Below, piece by piece: positions 37,199 to 47,258 of a DNA stretch of 61,380 nt. The notes under the pieces were generated by a model that saw only the letters and a list, made by a program, of their open reading frames with translations, ran no database searches and was not told where the DNA came from. The position numbers were made by a program, and so were the translations under genes. The DNA is from an uncultured Bacteroidota bacterium. Its GTDB lineage: Bacteria; Bacteroidota; Bacteroidia; Chitinophagales; LD1. The stretch lies in assembly GCA_903917755.1 (NCBI GenBank), contig CAIXBT010000221.1, forward strand, positions 1 through 61,380, in the 5' to 3' direction. Numbering within the stretch: position 1 is the first letter of the stretch; the number at the start of each line of letters is the position of its first letter.

Positions 37199-38680
37199 TT
37201 ATTTCCTGCTGTAATTCGGGCTTTCTTTTGTGATGGTCACATCATGCGGATGTGATTCATTCACGCCTGCTGAGGTGATGCGAACGAACTGTGCCTGCTG
37301 AAGGTCTTTGATAGTTTTAGCACCACAGTATCCCATGCCCGCACGTAGACCGCCGATATATTGATAGATCACCTCAGCTACCGCCCCCTTGAAAGCAACC
37401 CTGCCCACTATACCTTCGGGTACGAGTTTCTTGATATCGTCTTCAGCATCCTGAAAATAGCGGTCTTTTGAACCTTCCTGCATGGCCTCGACAGAGCCCA
37501 TGCCGCGATAGGACTTAAATTTGCGTCCTTCAAATAGGATCGTCTCACCCGGAGACTCATCCGTACCTGCGAAAATACCTCCGGCCATGATCGTGTCAGC
37601 CCCTGCTGCCAATGCCTTCACAATATCGCCTGTGTAGCGTATACCTCCGTCAGCTATGATCGGTATGCCTTTTTTCTTAGCTGCGTTTGCAGCATTTGCT
37701 ATAGCTGATAGCTGGGGAACACCCACGCCAGCCACAATACGGGTAGTGCATATGGAGCCCGGACCCACGCCCACCTTTACTCCATCCACACCGGCATCTA
37801 TCAGCGCCTTTGCGCCTGCCTCTGTAGCGATGTTTCCGCCTATTATCTCAAGATTCTTATAGGTCTTTTTGACCCTTTTTATAGCTTCTAATACCCCTCT
37901 GGAATGACCATGAGCAGTATCTACCGTCACCACGTCCACGCCTACATGCACCAGCGCTTCGATCCTCTCCAGAATATCGGCAGTGACTCCCACGGCAGCA
38001 CCGCAAAGCAGACGACCCATAGCATCCTTGCTGCTGTTTGGGTTATTGCGGACCTTCAGGATGTCTTTATAAGTAATGAGCCCGACGAGAAAGCCCTTAC
38101 TATCCACTACAGGCAGTTTTTCGATCTTGTATTTCTCCAGAATGATCTCAGCCTTCTTGAGGTCAGTGCCTTTAGGTGCAGTGATCAGGTGCTCGGTGGT
38201 CATAACCTCACTCACGAGCTTTTTTCTATTCTTCTCAAAGCGAAGGTCACGATTGGTCAGGATGCCGACCAGTTGATTCTGCTTATTGATGATCGGGATA
38301 CCTCCTATTTTGTTCTCACTCATCAGCTTCATAGCATCACCTACCGTGGCGTTCTCTAGCAGTGTGATCGGGTCGATGATCAGCCCCGAGTCGGCACGTT
38401 TCACACGCCTGACCTGCTCGGCCTGTTTGTCTATGGACATATTCTTATGCAAGATGCCTATGCCACCCTCACGAGCAATAGCTATAGCCATCGCATATTC
38501 GGTCACGGTATCCATAGCAGAAGATACTATGGGAACATTGATCTCTAAATTTCTGGTAAGTTTTGTCCTGATATTTACTTCGCGTGGCAGCACCTCAGAA
38601 TAGCCCGGAAGCAGCAGTACGTCATCGAATGTGATCCCCTCGACTGAGAAGCGATCAGCGGTTGTATTTCTTATTGCCAT
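37199..38680 (-). CDS. guaB: IMP dehydrogenase
   Basis: LTFDDVLLLPGYSEV-type start, two CBS domains, catalytic loop VGVGPGSICTTR, and GGIRYTGDIVKALAAGA. I place the start at ATG 38680 (MAIRNTT) rather than the track start at 38713. Confidence 0.95.
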   Translation of the reverse strand: MAIRNTTADRFSVEGITFDDVLLLPGYSEVLPREVNIRTKLTRNLEINVPIVSSAMDTVTEYAMAIAIAREGGIGILHKNMSIDKQAEQVRRVKRADSGLIIDPITLLENATVGDAMKLMSENKIGGIPIINKQNQLVGILTNRDLRFEKNRKKLVSEVMTTEHLITAPKGTDLKKAEIILEKYKIEKLPVVDSKGFLVGLITYKDILKVRNNPNSSKDAMGRLLCGAAVGVTADILERIEALVHVGVDVVTVDTAHGHSRGVLEAIKRVKKTYKNLEIIGGNIATEAGAKALIDAGVDGVKVGVGPGSICTTRIVAGVGVPQLSAIANAANAAKKKGIPIIADGGIRYTGDIVKALAAGADTIMAGGIFAGTDESPGETILFEGRKFKSYRGMGSVEAMQEGSKDRYFQDAEDDIKKLVPEGIVGRVAFKGAVAEVIYQYIGGLRAGMGYCGAKTIKDLQQAQFVRITSAGVNESHPHDVTITKESPNYSRK

Positions 38681-38840
38681 GTGCAAATATAGGAAAAAAG
38701 TAGCCCCTCCCAAAACCTCATCGATGAGAAATGCCTAAAAATGTTTTCCCGGAATAATGAAACTCAATATTTCGCAAAGGATTCAAGGATGGAAATATTT
38801 TTCACAATTAAGAAATTTTAAACATTCCACCAGTTGTGGC

Positions 38841-40850
38841 TCAGTATTGTCGTCTTTTTTTATCCAGATACTCAGCGATCTCTCTAATAAAAAGACTGTT
38901 GTCAAATATCCCTCTGTCCAAAAAATCTTCGGGTATACAGGACCCGACAAACCTTGAAAACCGGATATCGTGTGATATGAAATGTGTTCCTTTGTAATTT
39001 ATCTGCCATGGAAGATTCCACGGTGAGGATGCATAAAATTGCCTGGAGATGTGCAGTGTGTCATTGTTCTCATTGACTAAATGTACACCAAACCAGTTAC
39101 TCGTAGTGCTCCAGATGCCCTCAGGTTTATCTAATATCTCACCTATCAATGATACGGGGAGTGTGTCAAGCATGGAGAGAATCTGCATATAAAATCCCAT
39201 GTCTAGTTTCTTAGTATTCGCTTGGGCATCTTTCGTTTTCGTTTCTTCCTTTATCATTGCCCTGTATTTTTCCTTGTCCTTTTCCGATATTTGAAAATCA
39301 GCTAGGGCCGGCAGGGCTCCCGGAGCAGAATCGATAGCAGCAAGCAGTTCGAAAAGTTGCTGTGCCTTTACACTTTTCCGATACAGAGGGTCTCGATTCA
39401 TTTGATTGCCTGCTGTCACACATTCTTTCACGGTCAGGGTCGAGTTTAATACATTTTCAAAGCTTACATAATTCGAAAAACCATGAAAGCAGCCCTGACT
39501 CCCGGATTCGATGACAAAATTGCTGATAGGAACTTTCAAAAAATCTCTAAGCGGAAAATGTAGCTGATATAGTTGTATAGAATGATCTCTGAGTGTGTAA
39601 AGATGACTTTGTATGCCGTCCCAGATGATAGCAGCAGTATCTCCCAGAGCCCGGATCGATATGATACTGAAATCACAGACTGATTCCCGGTACCAATCCT
39701 TTCCCTCATTATCAGAGATATACAGATTATGACTCTTACCACCCCATGTCAATGTCGGGGCTTGCGCCACTATCTTAATCCCATTTATTTTATGGTCAGT
39801 GGTATACAGCCCTATATTTACCAGTGTCCTATTGCTCACCTTGCTGATTTTATCTTCACCATCTATCAGATACAGTGTGGCATTGACCAACTTTGTATCC
39901 ATAGGCCTTTTTTTGAGTTGAATATTCGATAGCATTTCATATTCTAAGGGATTTGAAAATTCTACCATCTTTAGATCAGCAGTGATGGCAAAAAGTTTGG
40001 AGCGTATCTGGTCGATATCAAAGTCAATGATGTCAATAGGGAACTTCTTCCAGTTGATCTCCCTTTCATCAGAATAAAAAACATGACCGTTTTGATTGAC
40101 CACGATATATCCATTGAACAAAATTATTTTCCCGATCCGGTTGTCAGAATAGTGTCCCTCGTCATGTGCGTATTTTTTCTGATCAAAAGGAGTAATGACT
40201 TTATGTCTTGTAGTCCAGTTGTTATCAGTTGAATATATTTCGTTGAATAAAGCTCCTGATATACCTTTCTGATCTGTGAGCATAAATATACTGTGCATGC
40301 GCGATGATCCGTCAAAAGGAGAATGAAGTGTATCCCAGCTGAAACCGAAATTTTGTGAATAAAAAATCTTACCAGATGAGCCCCCCATCCATATTTTCCC
40401 GGTAGGACTAACATAAGCATCATATATCCAGTCATTGCCTCCATAGCTTTTTAGCTGCCAGGTTTTCCCTCCATCCTGAGTCATGTAATAACCGTCTTTG
40501 GGAGAGTATCCGCTGGTCGAAGAAATATAACCTGTTATAACGGCCGTATCTTTATTAAAGAATGAAACTCGCTCCAGATGCGGTTCTCCGGACGAAAATG
40601 TGATAGCTTCTGTTTTGTCAGATGTTTTTTCGACTTTATGCCAGTTCGAATCAATACCAGTAGTGTAATATAAACTACCCAAGGCAGTAACAAGCCATAT
40701 CTTTCCGTCAGGGCTTACGGATATTTCGTTGACCCTGCCTTCTATATCTAACTCGGCCCTCAGGTCCCTGACCTGAGGGTGTGCCAATAGTGATATCAAC
40801 GACATCAATGCGATCAATAAATTTTTCATAGTGAAGTTTTGAGATGACAT
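38841..40850 (-). CDS. Secreted protein with BNR/Asp-box beta-propeller-like N-terminal region and an unrecognised C-terminal domain
   Basis: 669 aa. Asp-box-like motifs TQDGGKTWQ, SQNFGFSWD and SDNEGKDWY. The signal peptide starts at the internal Met (MKNLLIALMSLISLLAHPQ), so the start may be 40829. Confidence 0.5.
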   Translation of the reverse strand: MSSQNFTMKNLLIALMSLISLLAHPQVRDLRAELDIEGRVNEISVSPDGKIWLVTALGSLYYTTGIDSNWHKVEKTSDKTEAITFSSGEPHLERVSFFNKDTAVITGYISSTSGYSPKDGYYMTQDGGKTWQLKSYGGNDWIYDAYVSPTGKIWMGGSSGKIFYSQNFGFSWDTLHSPFDGSSRMHSIFMLTDQKGISGALFNEIYSTDNNWTTRHKVITPFDQKKYAHDEGHYSDNRIGKIILFNGYIVVNQNGHVFYSDEREINWKKFPIDIIDFDIDQIRSKLFAITADLKMVEFSNPLEYEMLSNIQLKKRPMDTKLVNATLYLIDGEDKISKVSNRTLVNIGLYTTDHKINGIKIVAQAPTLTWGGKSHNLYISDNEGKDWYRESVCDFSIISIRALGDTAAIIWDGIQSHLYTLRDHSIQLYQLHFPLRDFLKVPISNFVIESGSQGCFHGFSNYVSFENVLNSTLTVKECVTAGNQMNRDPLYRKSVKAQQLFELLAAIDSAPGALPALADFQISEKDKEKYRAMIKEETKTKDAQANTKKLDMGFYMQILSMLDTLPVSLIGEILDKPEGIWSTTSNWFGVHLVNENNDTLHISRQFYASSPWNLPWQINYKGTHFISHDIRFSRFVGSCIPEDFLDRGIFDNSLFIREIAEYLDKKRRQY

Positions 40851-41012
40851 GATTGAAGATAATCAAAGGTTTATTACCATGAGATTTTCAAACCCTATTT
40901 AAGTCTTTTTTGAAAAACTAAAGCCTCAAGATACGCTTCAGATACAAAAAAAATGTGCTTTGGTTGATTTGAGCAGACATGGTCAAATCAAAAGATATAA
41001 ATTCGTATTATT

Positions 41013-41987
41013 ATGAAAAAAGCATTCAAGATCATCGCTATCCTGCTGGTGGTAGTCATCATATCAGCAGTTTTATACGCCACTGCACTACGGCCTAACC
41101 TGATCATATCAAAAGCGGATGACAAAGCCAAATTCGCTCAACCTACATCGCACTTCATGAACTGGCGCGGAGCTGAGATACACTATACGGATGAAGGACA
41201 AGGTATACCTGTGGTCATGATACATGGTTTCGGAGGTTCGTTCCTCAACTGGAATAAACTCCGAGACAAGATGACCGCTGATTATCGCATCATAAGGGTG
41301 GACCTGCCGGGATTCGGACTGAGTGACCTGCCCGAGCCCAATGGTGCAGCCACGGACTATGTACAGCAGTACCGCGATTTTATGACCTTCATGCTGGACA
41401 CACTACATTTAGATTCGCTATATCTGGTCGGCAACTCTATGGGTGGCATGATGTCCTGGGGAGTAGCGGCAGACCACCCGGACAAAGTCAAAAAACTAGT
41501 GCTCATATCTGCAGCGGGCTATGACCTGGAGAAAATATCAACCAATGCCGCCAGACTGATGAAAATACCTTTCATGGAGTATTTTTTCAAAAGGGGACTG
41601 CCTCTTGCTTCTTCAGAGGGTTCGGCTAAACGGGTGTTTGCTGATACGACTAAGATAAATCCGGAAGTAGTGAAAAACAACAATATGATGTGGAACCGAG
41701 ATGGCAATCTCCATGCGGCTTGCGCACTGGCCAGCAGCGGGCGATTTCCCGATTCGGCGCTCATAGCAAAGGTGCAATGCCCGACGCTGATCATATGGGG
41801 CAAAGAAGATCAGATAGTGCCTGTAGATCATGCATACAGATTCAAAAGAGATATTAAGAATTCAGAACTCATGATCATTGATACCTGCGGCCACTGTGCC
41901 ATGATCGAAAGATCAGACGAGACAGCAGCTGCCATCAGAAAGTTTTTTGGCCAAAGCCCAAACCCTAAAAAGGAATGCTTTATGTAA
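41013..41987 (+). CDS. Alpha/beta hydrolase
   Basis: 324 aa with an N-terminal TM anchor, HGFGGS oxyanion motif, GNSMGG nucleophile elbow and C-terminal CGHCAMIE (His). Confidence 0.8.
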   Translation: MKKAFKIIAILLVVVIISAVLYATALRPNLIISKADDKAKFAQPTSHFMNWRGAEIHYTDEGQGIPVVMIHGFGGSFLNWNKLRDKMTADYRIIRVDLPGFGLSDLPEPNGAATDYVQQYRDFMTFMLDTLHLDSLYLVGNSMGGMMSWGVAADHPDKVKKLVLISAAGYDLEKISTNAARLMKIPFMEYFFKRGLPLASSEGSAKRVFADTTKINPEVVKNNNMMWNRDGNLHAACALASSGRFPDSALIAKVQCPTLIIWGKEDQIVPVDHAYRFKRDIKNSELMIIDTCGHCAMIERSDETAAAIRKFFGQSPNPKKECFM

Positions 41988-42138
41988 AACCGCATGTCAA
42001 TTGTGGTCCCCGTCTGGCAGCTCAATAATTGTTAATTTATTTCTCTCTGCACACTAAGTTTGTGTACCTTTCGGTTCTATAACAAAAAATCACACCATAG
42101 GTCTACTTATACTTTTTGTAAAAATTTAAATAACCGTA

Positions 42139-43698
42139 ATGAGCAAAACTAATATCCTTTGGGCTGATGACGAGATAGACCTTTTGAAACCGCAAGTGCT
42201 TTTTCTCCGTGACAAAGGCTACGAAGTAGTGACCGTGACAAATGGCAAAGATGCCATAGATCAGGTCCACAAGAATCATTTTGATGTCGTATTTCTGGAT
42301 GAATCAATGCCCGGCCTGAGCGGATTGCAGACACTGACATTGATCAAAGACTATAATTCTCAACTCCCCGTGGTGATGATCACAAAAAACGAGGAAGAAA
42401 ACCTGATGGAAGATGCGATCGGATCACAAATAGCAGACTATCTGATCAAGCCTGTCAAACCGCAACAGATCCTCTCTACACTGAAAAAAATAATCAACAA
42501 AAGTGATCTGGTAAGTGAGAAAACGGTTGCTGACTATCGCTCACAGTTTCAGGGTCTATTCACTCGGATACAGGACAATCTGACCTTCGCCGAATGGGCA
42601 GATCTATACAGAGACCTGATCAAATGGGAACTCGAACTCAACAAGTCCAATACCGCAGAGATGCAGGAGGTATTTGAAATGCAGAAAAGCGAAGCAAATA
42701 CCGAGTTCAATAAATTTGTGGTTAAGAACTATAAGAAATGGATAGCTGGCGAGGCAGGCAAAGATGCCCCCATTATGTCACATACCCTTTTTAAAAATAA
42801 AGTATTTGACCTGATCAAGCAGCCTAAACCCACCTTTGTAATATTGATAGACAACCTTCGTTTTGACCAATGGAGGAGCATTCAGCACCTGATCACACCA
42901 TACTTCAGAGTGGAGGAAGAAGATACATTCTATGCCATCCTCCCAACTGCTACACAATACAGCCGCAATGCGATATTCAGCGGTATGATGCCTATAGATA
43001 TCCAAAAGAATTTTCCGGATAAATGGCTCAATGATGATGATGAGGGAGGTAAGAATCAATATGAAGCAGAGTTTCTGGAATCGATGATCAAGAAGACCTT
43101 TCGCGAGCCGATCAAGCTGCAGTATACCAAGATCACAAACCACCGCGACGGCCTGCTGCTGGAAGAGAATATTCTCAACTACATGAATAACCGTCTGAAT
43201 GTGATCGTGTATAACTTCGTCGATATGCTCTCTCACGCCCGTACCGAGATGGAGGTGCTAAAAGAACTCGCGAACGACGAGGCTGCATACAGATCTCTCT
43301 CTGTATCATGGTTCGAGCACTCGCCACTGCTCAATGCACTGAAGAAACTAGCCGGCAAGGATATCAATCTGGTAATCACGACAGATCACGGTACCGTGCG
43401 TGTCAAGGACCCTTCAAAATGTATAGGCGACAGGCAAACCACCACTAACATTCGCTATAAGACAGGTCGTAACCTTCAGTATGAAGACAGAGATGTATTC
43501 GCTGTGAGAAATCCTGAAGAGATTATGCTACCGAAGTCAAATCTGACATCGACATATATATTTGCCAAGACTGATAAATATCTGGTCTACCCGAATAACT
43601 ACAATCACTTCGTTGCGTATTTTAAAAATACATTCCAGCACGGAGGTATATCTCTGGAGGAAATGATAGTACCCGTGATCAGACTGAGTACTAAGTAG
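42139..43698 (+). CDS. porX: PorX-type response regulator (CheY receiver fused to PglZ / alkaline-phosphatase-superfamily domain)
   Basis: 519 aa. The receiver domain (ILWADDEIDLLKPQVLFLRDKGYEV...DVVFLDESMPGLSG...DYLIKP) is followed by a PglZ-type domain (ILIDNLRFDQW...ILPTATQYSRNAIFSG...ITTDHG). Length and architecture match PorX of Bacteroidota. Confidence 0.75.
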   Translation: MSKTNILWADDEIDLLKPQVLFLRDKGYEVVTVTNGKDAIDQVHKNHFDVVFLDESMPGLSGLQTLTLIKDYNSQLPVVMITKNEEENLMEDAIGSQIADYLIKPVKPQQILSTLKKIINKSDLVSEKTVADYRSQFQGLFTRIQDNLTFAEWADLYRDLIKWELELNKSNTAEMQEVFEMQKSEANTEFNKFVVKNYKKWIAGEAGKDAPIMSHTLFKNKVFDLIKQPKPTFVILIDNLRFDQWRSIQHLITPYFRVEEEDTFYAILPTATQYSRNAIFSGMMPIDIQKNFPDKWLNDDDEGGKNQYEAEFLESMIKKTFREPIKLQYTKITNHRDGLLLEENILNYMNNRLNVIVYNFVDMLSHARTEMEVLKELANDEAAYRSLSVSWFEHSPLLNALKKLAGKDINLVITTDHGTVRVKDPSKCIGDRQTTTNIRYKTGRNLQYEDRDVFAVRNPEEIMLPKSNLTSTYIFAKTDKYLVYPNNYNHFVAYFKNTFQHGGISLEEMIVPVIRLSTK

Positions 43699-44131
43699 TC
43701 TTCGGGATTGAAACTTTCTTTTTCACAGTTACGTAACCCAGCAAGGCAAAAGGGAAGTAAACCGCGACGTCTGCTATCATAAACCATAGTGGATGATATG
43801 GAATTGAGATCAGGTTCATGATACCTCCGACCAAAAGAAATGCTCCTACTATCAGTGCAGGTTGCATTTTTTGGCGTCCGGAAATAAGCGTAGCAATCAG
43901 ACCACCTATATAGGAACTAACTGCATACCCTAATAATAACCATAAAAATGCAGCTATAGGCATACTTGCCATCATGTTAGAAACCGTCTTGGGGTCTTTC
44001 ATATCTACTGCCGGATGCTGAAAGATATAGCCGCCTATATTTTCAGATGCCATGATCAGTCCGAGTGATACCACCAAAGCAATGATCACTGATAGTATTC
44101 GCTTTGCCATTTTCTTTTTTTGAACAATCAA
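43691..44131 (-). CDS. Hypothetical small membrane protein
   Basis: 146 aa with four hydrophobic helices. An alternative start lies at 44110 (MAKRILSV). It is convergent with porX and overlaps it by 8 bp. Confidence 0.5.
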   Translation of the reverse strand: MIVQKKKMAKRILSVIIALVVSLGLIMASENIGGYIFQHPAVDMKDPKTVSNMMASMPIAAFLWLLLGYAVSSYIGGLIATLISGRQKMQPALIVGAFLLVGGIMNLISIPYHPLWFMIADVAVYFPFALLGYVTVKKKVSIPKTT

Positions 44132-44200
44132 ATGTAAGGAAAAAGAGAAGCCCTAAGATTAAATTTAAACGAGAGTCGAAAGTGACGGGAAAATCAATCT

Positions 44201-44824
44201 TCACTTAATGTCAATCAGCACTTCAACATTTATTTCATGCTTGCCTTCGAATGATATGAACTCAAAATTGGATAGCATGTCCTTATACTTTTGGATATTC
44301 AATTCATTGATGAATTGATCCTCTGTGCCCCAAATAAAGTAGTTCTTTGCCTTATCAAATGATGCCATACTCTCTGTGTTCTGCAATTCATTACCCGGCT
44401 CACCAGCATAGAAAATAAGGGTATCGACTTTTCTCGGATTCTGATATATCCAACGTGAAACAGTGGCCACTCCCTGAGAGAAACCAAGCACTACGATCTT
44501 TGCTTTTTGAGCAGCAGGCGGAAATGAGTCATACAATTTATTGAGATAAGCTACATAGTCCGCCATCTCTGAGTCTCTATCTTCACGGGTCATCCAGGTA
44601 GCACCGACCTCAGGTCTCCCCACCTTTACATAAAATCTATTTAATGCCTCAGGAGCAATGATAAATCGCTTTCCATTATCGAGAGATGTAAAGCCACTCA
44701 GATACTGCTCTGCTAGTTGCGCCCATCCATGAATGACAAACCAGATCTCCTCAGTCTGATCACTAAGTGTACCGAGTGTATAATAGCGAGCTGTTTTGCT
44801 GACAGTAATGTGGTGCGACATCAT
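44201..44824 (-). CDS. Alpha/beta hydrolase (carboxylesterase/phospholipase-like)
   Basis: GFSQG nucleophile elbow. I place the start at ATG 44824 (MMSHHITV), directly after the upstream stop, rather than the track start at 44887, which overlaps the upstream gene. Confidence 0.6.
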   Translation of the reverse strand: MMSHHITVSKTARYYTLGTLSDQTEEIWFVIHGWAQLAEQYLSGFTSLDNGKRFIIAPEALNRFYVKVGRPEVGATWMTREDRDSEMADYVAYLNKLYDSFPPAAQKAKIVVLGFSQGVATVSRWIYQNPRKVDTLIFYAGEPGNELQNTESMASFDKAKNYFIWGTEDQFINELNIQKYKDMLSNFEFISFEGKHEINVEVLIDIK

Positions 44825-44826
44825 AA

Positions 44827-45537
44827 TTATATTGCTTTCTGATTCTTCTTTTGCAGAAAAGAATATTTCACTTCTGCTACTTTCCAATCATCTTCATTGT
44901 CTATATCCTGAACCTCTATGGGCGAAGTGATGATCCCTAGTGTATTATCCGAAACCAGTCTGCCATTAGCCAAGAATCGTTCCACATCAAAGAAATAATA
45001 CTGGCCGCAATCATGATAAGCAGGTGCCAGATCTTGCGATCTGACAGTGGCATTTTCCGGCCAGTTAAAGGCGATCTTAGAGTTTTTGTCCATATTGAAT
45101 GAACGTAAAATAGGAAAGCTGAATTCTGTGACCGGAATGACAGAATCTGCTCCTGATTCGGTCAGCATTTTCAATGCCTTTCTCAGTTTTTCAGCAGTGA
45201 CAAATGGTGCTGTGGGGTAAATACAACATGCATACTTAAAGTTAGTTCCTGTATTTTTATAGACCGAGAGTACTTCCTTCAGTACATCATTTGTATTGGA
45301 GATATCATCCGATGTCTCTTTTGATCTGAAAAAAGGAACCGTAGCGCCATATTTTATTGCTACATCGGCTATCTCCTGATCGTCTGTAGATACCATTACT
45401 TCATCAAAAACACCTGATTCAAGTGCAGCCAGGATCGAATAAGCAATGATCGGCTTCCCCATAAACTCCTTTATATTCTTTCTTGGAATACGTTTGCTGC
45501 CTCCACGGGCAGTTATTATTGCGACAGACTTGCTCAT
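44827..45537 (-). CDS. CMP-nonulosonate cytidylyltransferase (PseF/NeuA family)
   Basis: 236 aa. VAIITARGGSKRIPRKNIKEFMGKPIIAYSI is the hallmark N-terminus of acylneuraminate/pseudaminate cytidylyltransferases. Confidence 0.75.
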   Translation of the reverse strand: MSKSVAIITARGGSKRIPRKNIKEFMGKPIIAYSILAALESGVFDEVMVSTDDQEIADVAIKYGATVPFFRSKETSDDISNTNDVLKEVLSVYKNTGTNFKYACCIYPTAPFVTAEKLRKALKMLTESGADSVIPVTEFSFPILRSFNMDKNSKIAFNWPENATVRSQDLAPAYHDCGQYYFFDVERFLANGRLVSDNTLGIITSPIEVQDIDNEDDWKVAEVKYSFLQKKNQKAI

Positions 45538-45558
45538 ATCAAATGCTCTTTTGAGTGT

Positions 45559-46413
45559 TTACCAATTTCTAGGGCTCAGCAACTCTGATTCTACCACCCT
45601 GATCTTGTCTACTTCTTTCAGATAGGCCCCATTTTTAAAATCTCTGACCAGATCGATATTCCCCTTTAGTTGCAGGGGATTGTGCTGGCCTATTATCACG
45701 TTATCAATAAGCTCATTTGCAAATACATATTCCAAAGCTAATGATGCCATGGAAATATTGTTTTGTGTACATATATCCCGTAACCTCTGTATGTAAATTT
45801 CAAGAGGTTTAAGTTTGACAGGCAGAGGAAATTGCTTCAGAAACATTCCCTGAAGATATACCGACCTGACATGGAGTATCTTTCCTGCATCTTTGGCTCT
45901 CTTCATCAATTCACCCCTTTGTATAGAATTGTCAAGAAGATTAAATGGAAACTGTATCACATCCACATACTTGCTTTCGATCGATCGTTCAAATTCTTCA
46001 TTAGTATAAATTGAAACACCGATAAATCTGGTCAGCCCCGCTTGCTTCATCTCCGACAGATCTTTCTGTACACGAACATCTGTGAATAGATCCTGAGACT
46101 TATGAGCCAGTATTGTATGATAGCTATCTACCCCCAACCTATTCAATGAATCAACAAGAGGTTTTAAAATATTCTCAGGTGTAAGAAACTTTGAAATGAT
46201 CTCAAATTTCGGACCGCCTTCACGATGATAATTTGCTATCTTTTGAATAGCATCACCATACGCTTCTGCTGTGTCGAGCAGCCTGATACCATTGGCTCTG
46301 GCTATGTCCAAAATCTCATTGCATTCCTCCTGAGTGACCTTCTTTGCAGTGGAACTATTGACACCATAGTCCAGTCCGAATTGAACTGTACCTATTATCA
46401 TTTTTTCCAGCAT
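45559..46413 (-). CDS. Aldo/keto reductase
   Basis: 284 aa with GTVQFGLDYG and LLDTAEAYGDA motifs. Confidence 0.75.
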   Translation of the reverse strand: MLEKMIIGTVQFGLDYGVNSSTAKKVTQEECNEILDIARANGIRLLDTAEAYGDAIQKIANYHREGGPKFEIISKFLTPENILKPLVDSLNRLGVDSYHTILAHKSQDLFTDVRVQKDLSEMKQAGLTRFIGVSIYTNEEFERSIESKYVDVIQFPFNLLDNSIQRGELMKRAKDAGKILHVRSVYLQGMFLKQFPLPVKLKPLEIYIQRLRDICTQNNISMASLALEYVFANELIDNVIIGQHNPLQLKGNIDLVRDFKNGAYLKEVDKIRVVESELLSPRNW

Positions 46414-46420
46414 AGCTCTA

Positions 46421-47227
46421 TTATTTGAATTTGTAAGCTATGAAATTGGTAGAGTTGAGTGGATTGATCTGCATGGAAATCACATCATATTCCAGCTTGA
46501 CCACTTCGATGATATCTGTTCTGGAAGTGATATAGCTAAACAGATTGCGGTTGTAGTCATTCAGCTCGATGTATTTGTTTCTTGCCTTACCGATAAAATT
46601 AGAACGATGTGGCAAATAGGACGGATCGAAATGCACGACGTAGTTGATCTTGTCTTTCTGTTTGTATAGCGAGTCGATGATCACTTTCGCATCCGGCATC
46701 TGCTCAATACTATGCACGGTAAATACAGTAGAGCCGGGTTTGATAAAATTATAATCTGCTTCGTTGTAATAGTTGAATTCTACCAGATCATGCCCTAGTC
46801 TTTTGCCCAGATCGACAGCATATTTAGAATATTCCCCGCCATAGTTATTGCCTTTGATCAGGTCCAGATTGAAACCATAACCGCATCCCAGCTCACAGTT
46901 ATTAGCAGAAAGGTATGGCGTGATCATATCGACAAAGATGTTGTATGCTATCAATCTTGCCCTTTTTAGTGACATTTTAAAAAGTTCGTCTTTGAAGGAC
47001 ATACGTACATCCTGATCCTGCCCTAATCCTGCCTGCTCAAACTCCTTTACCTTATATGCCTCCATATCAGGGAGTTCGAGATCAAAAAGAGACTTGTATT
47101 TATCCAAATTATACTCACGCTCAATCTGGCTTATGTCACGTTTTTTTGAGAATTCTTTATTCCCCAAAATACGGTCAGTCCACGGATTATCCTGATTAAA
47201 AAACTCGTTGATTGATAGAGATACCAT
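46421..47227 (-). CDS. Putative class I SAM-dependent methyltransferase
   Basis: 268 aa with a motif I-like ELGCGYGFNL. The call is otherwise inferred from sugar-cluster context. Confidence 0.45.
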   Translation of the reverse strand: MVSLSINEFFNQDNPWTDRILGNKEFSKKRDISQIEREYNLDKYKSLFDLELPDMEAYKVKEFEQAGLGQDQDVRMSFKDELFKMSLKRARLIAYNIFVDMITPYLSANNCELGCGYGFNLDLIKGNNYGGEYSKYAVDLGKRLGHDLVEFNYYNEADYNFIKPGSTVFTVHSIEQMPDAKVIIDSLYKQKDKINYVVHFDPSYLPHRSNFIGKARNKYIELNDYNRNLFSYITSRTDIIEVVKLEYDVISMQINPLNSTNFIAYKFK

Positions 47228-47258
47228 ACTATTTACTGTTTTATTGAATTGAATTAAT

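Noticed and set aside
42139-43698. The PglZ domain as a marker of a BREX/phage-defence system
   Set aside because: The PglZ domain is fused to a CheY receiver in a 519-aa protein (PorX architecture). No PglX methyltransferase, BrxC ATPase, BrxA/B/L or other BREX genes are nearby.
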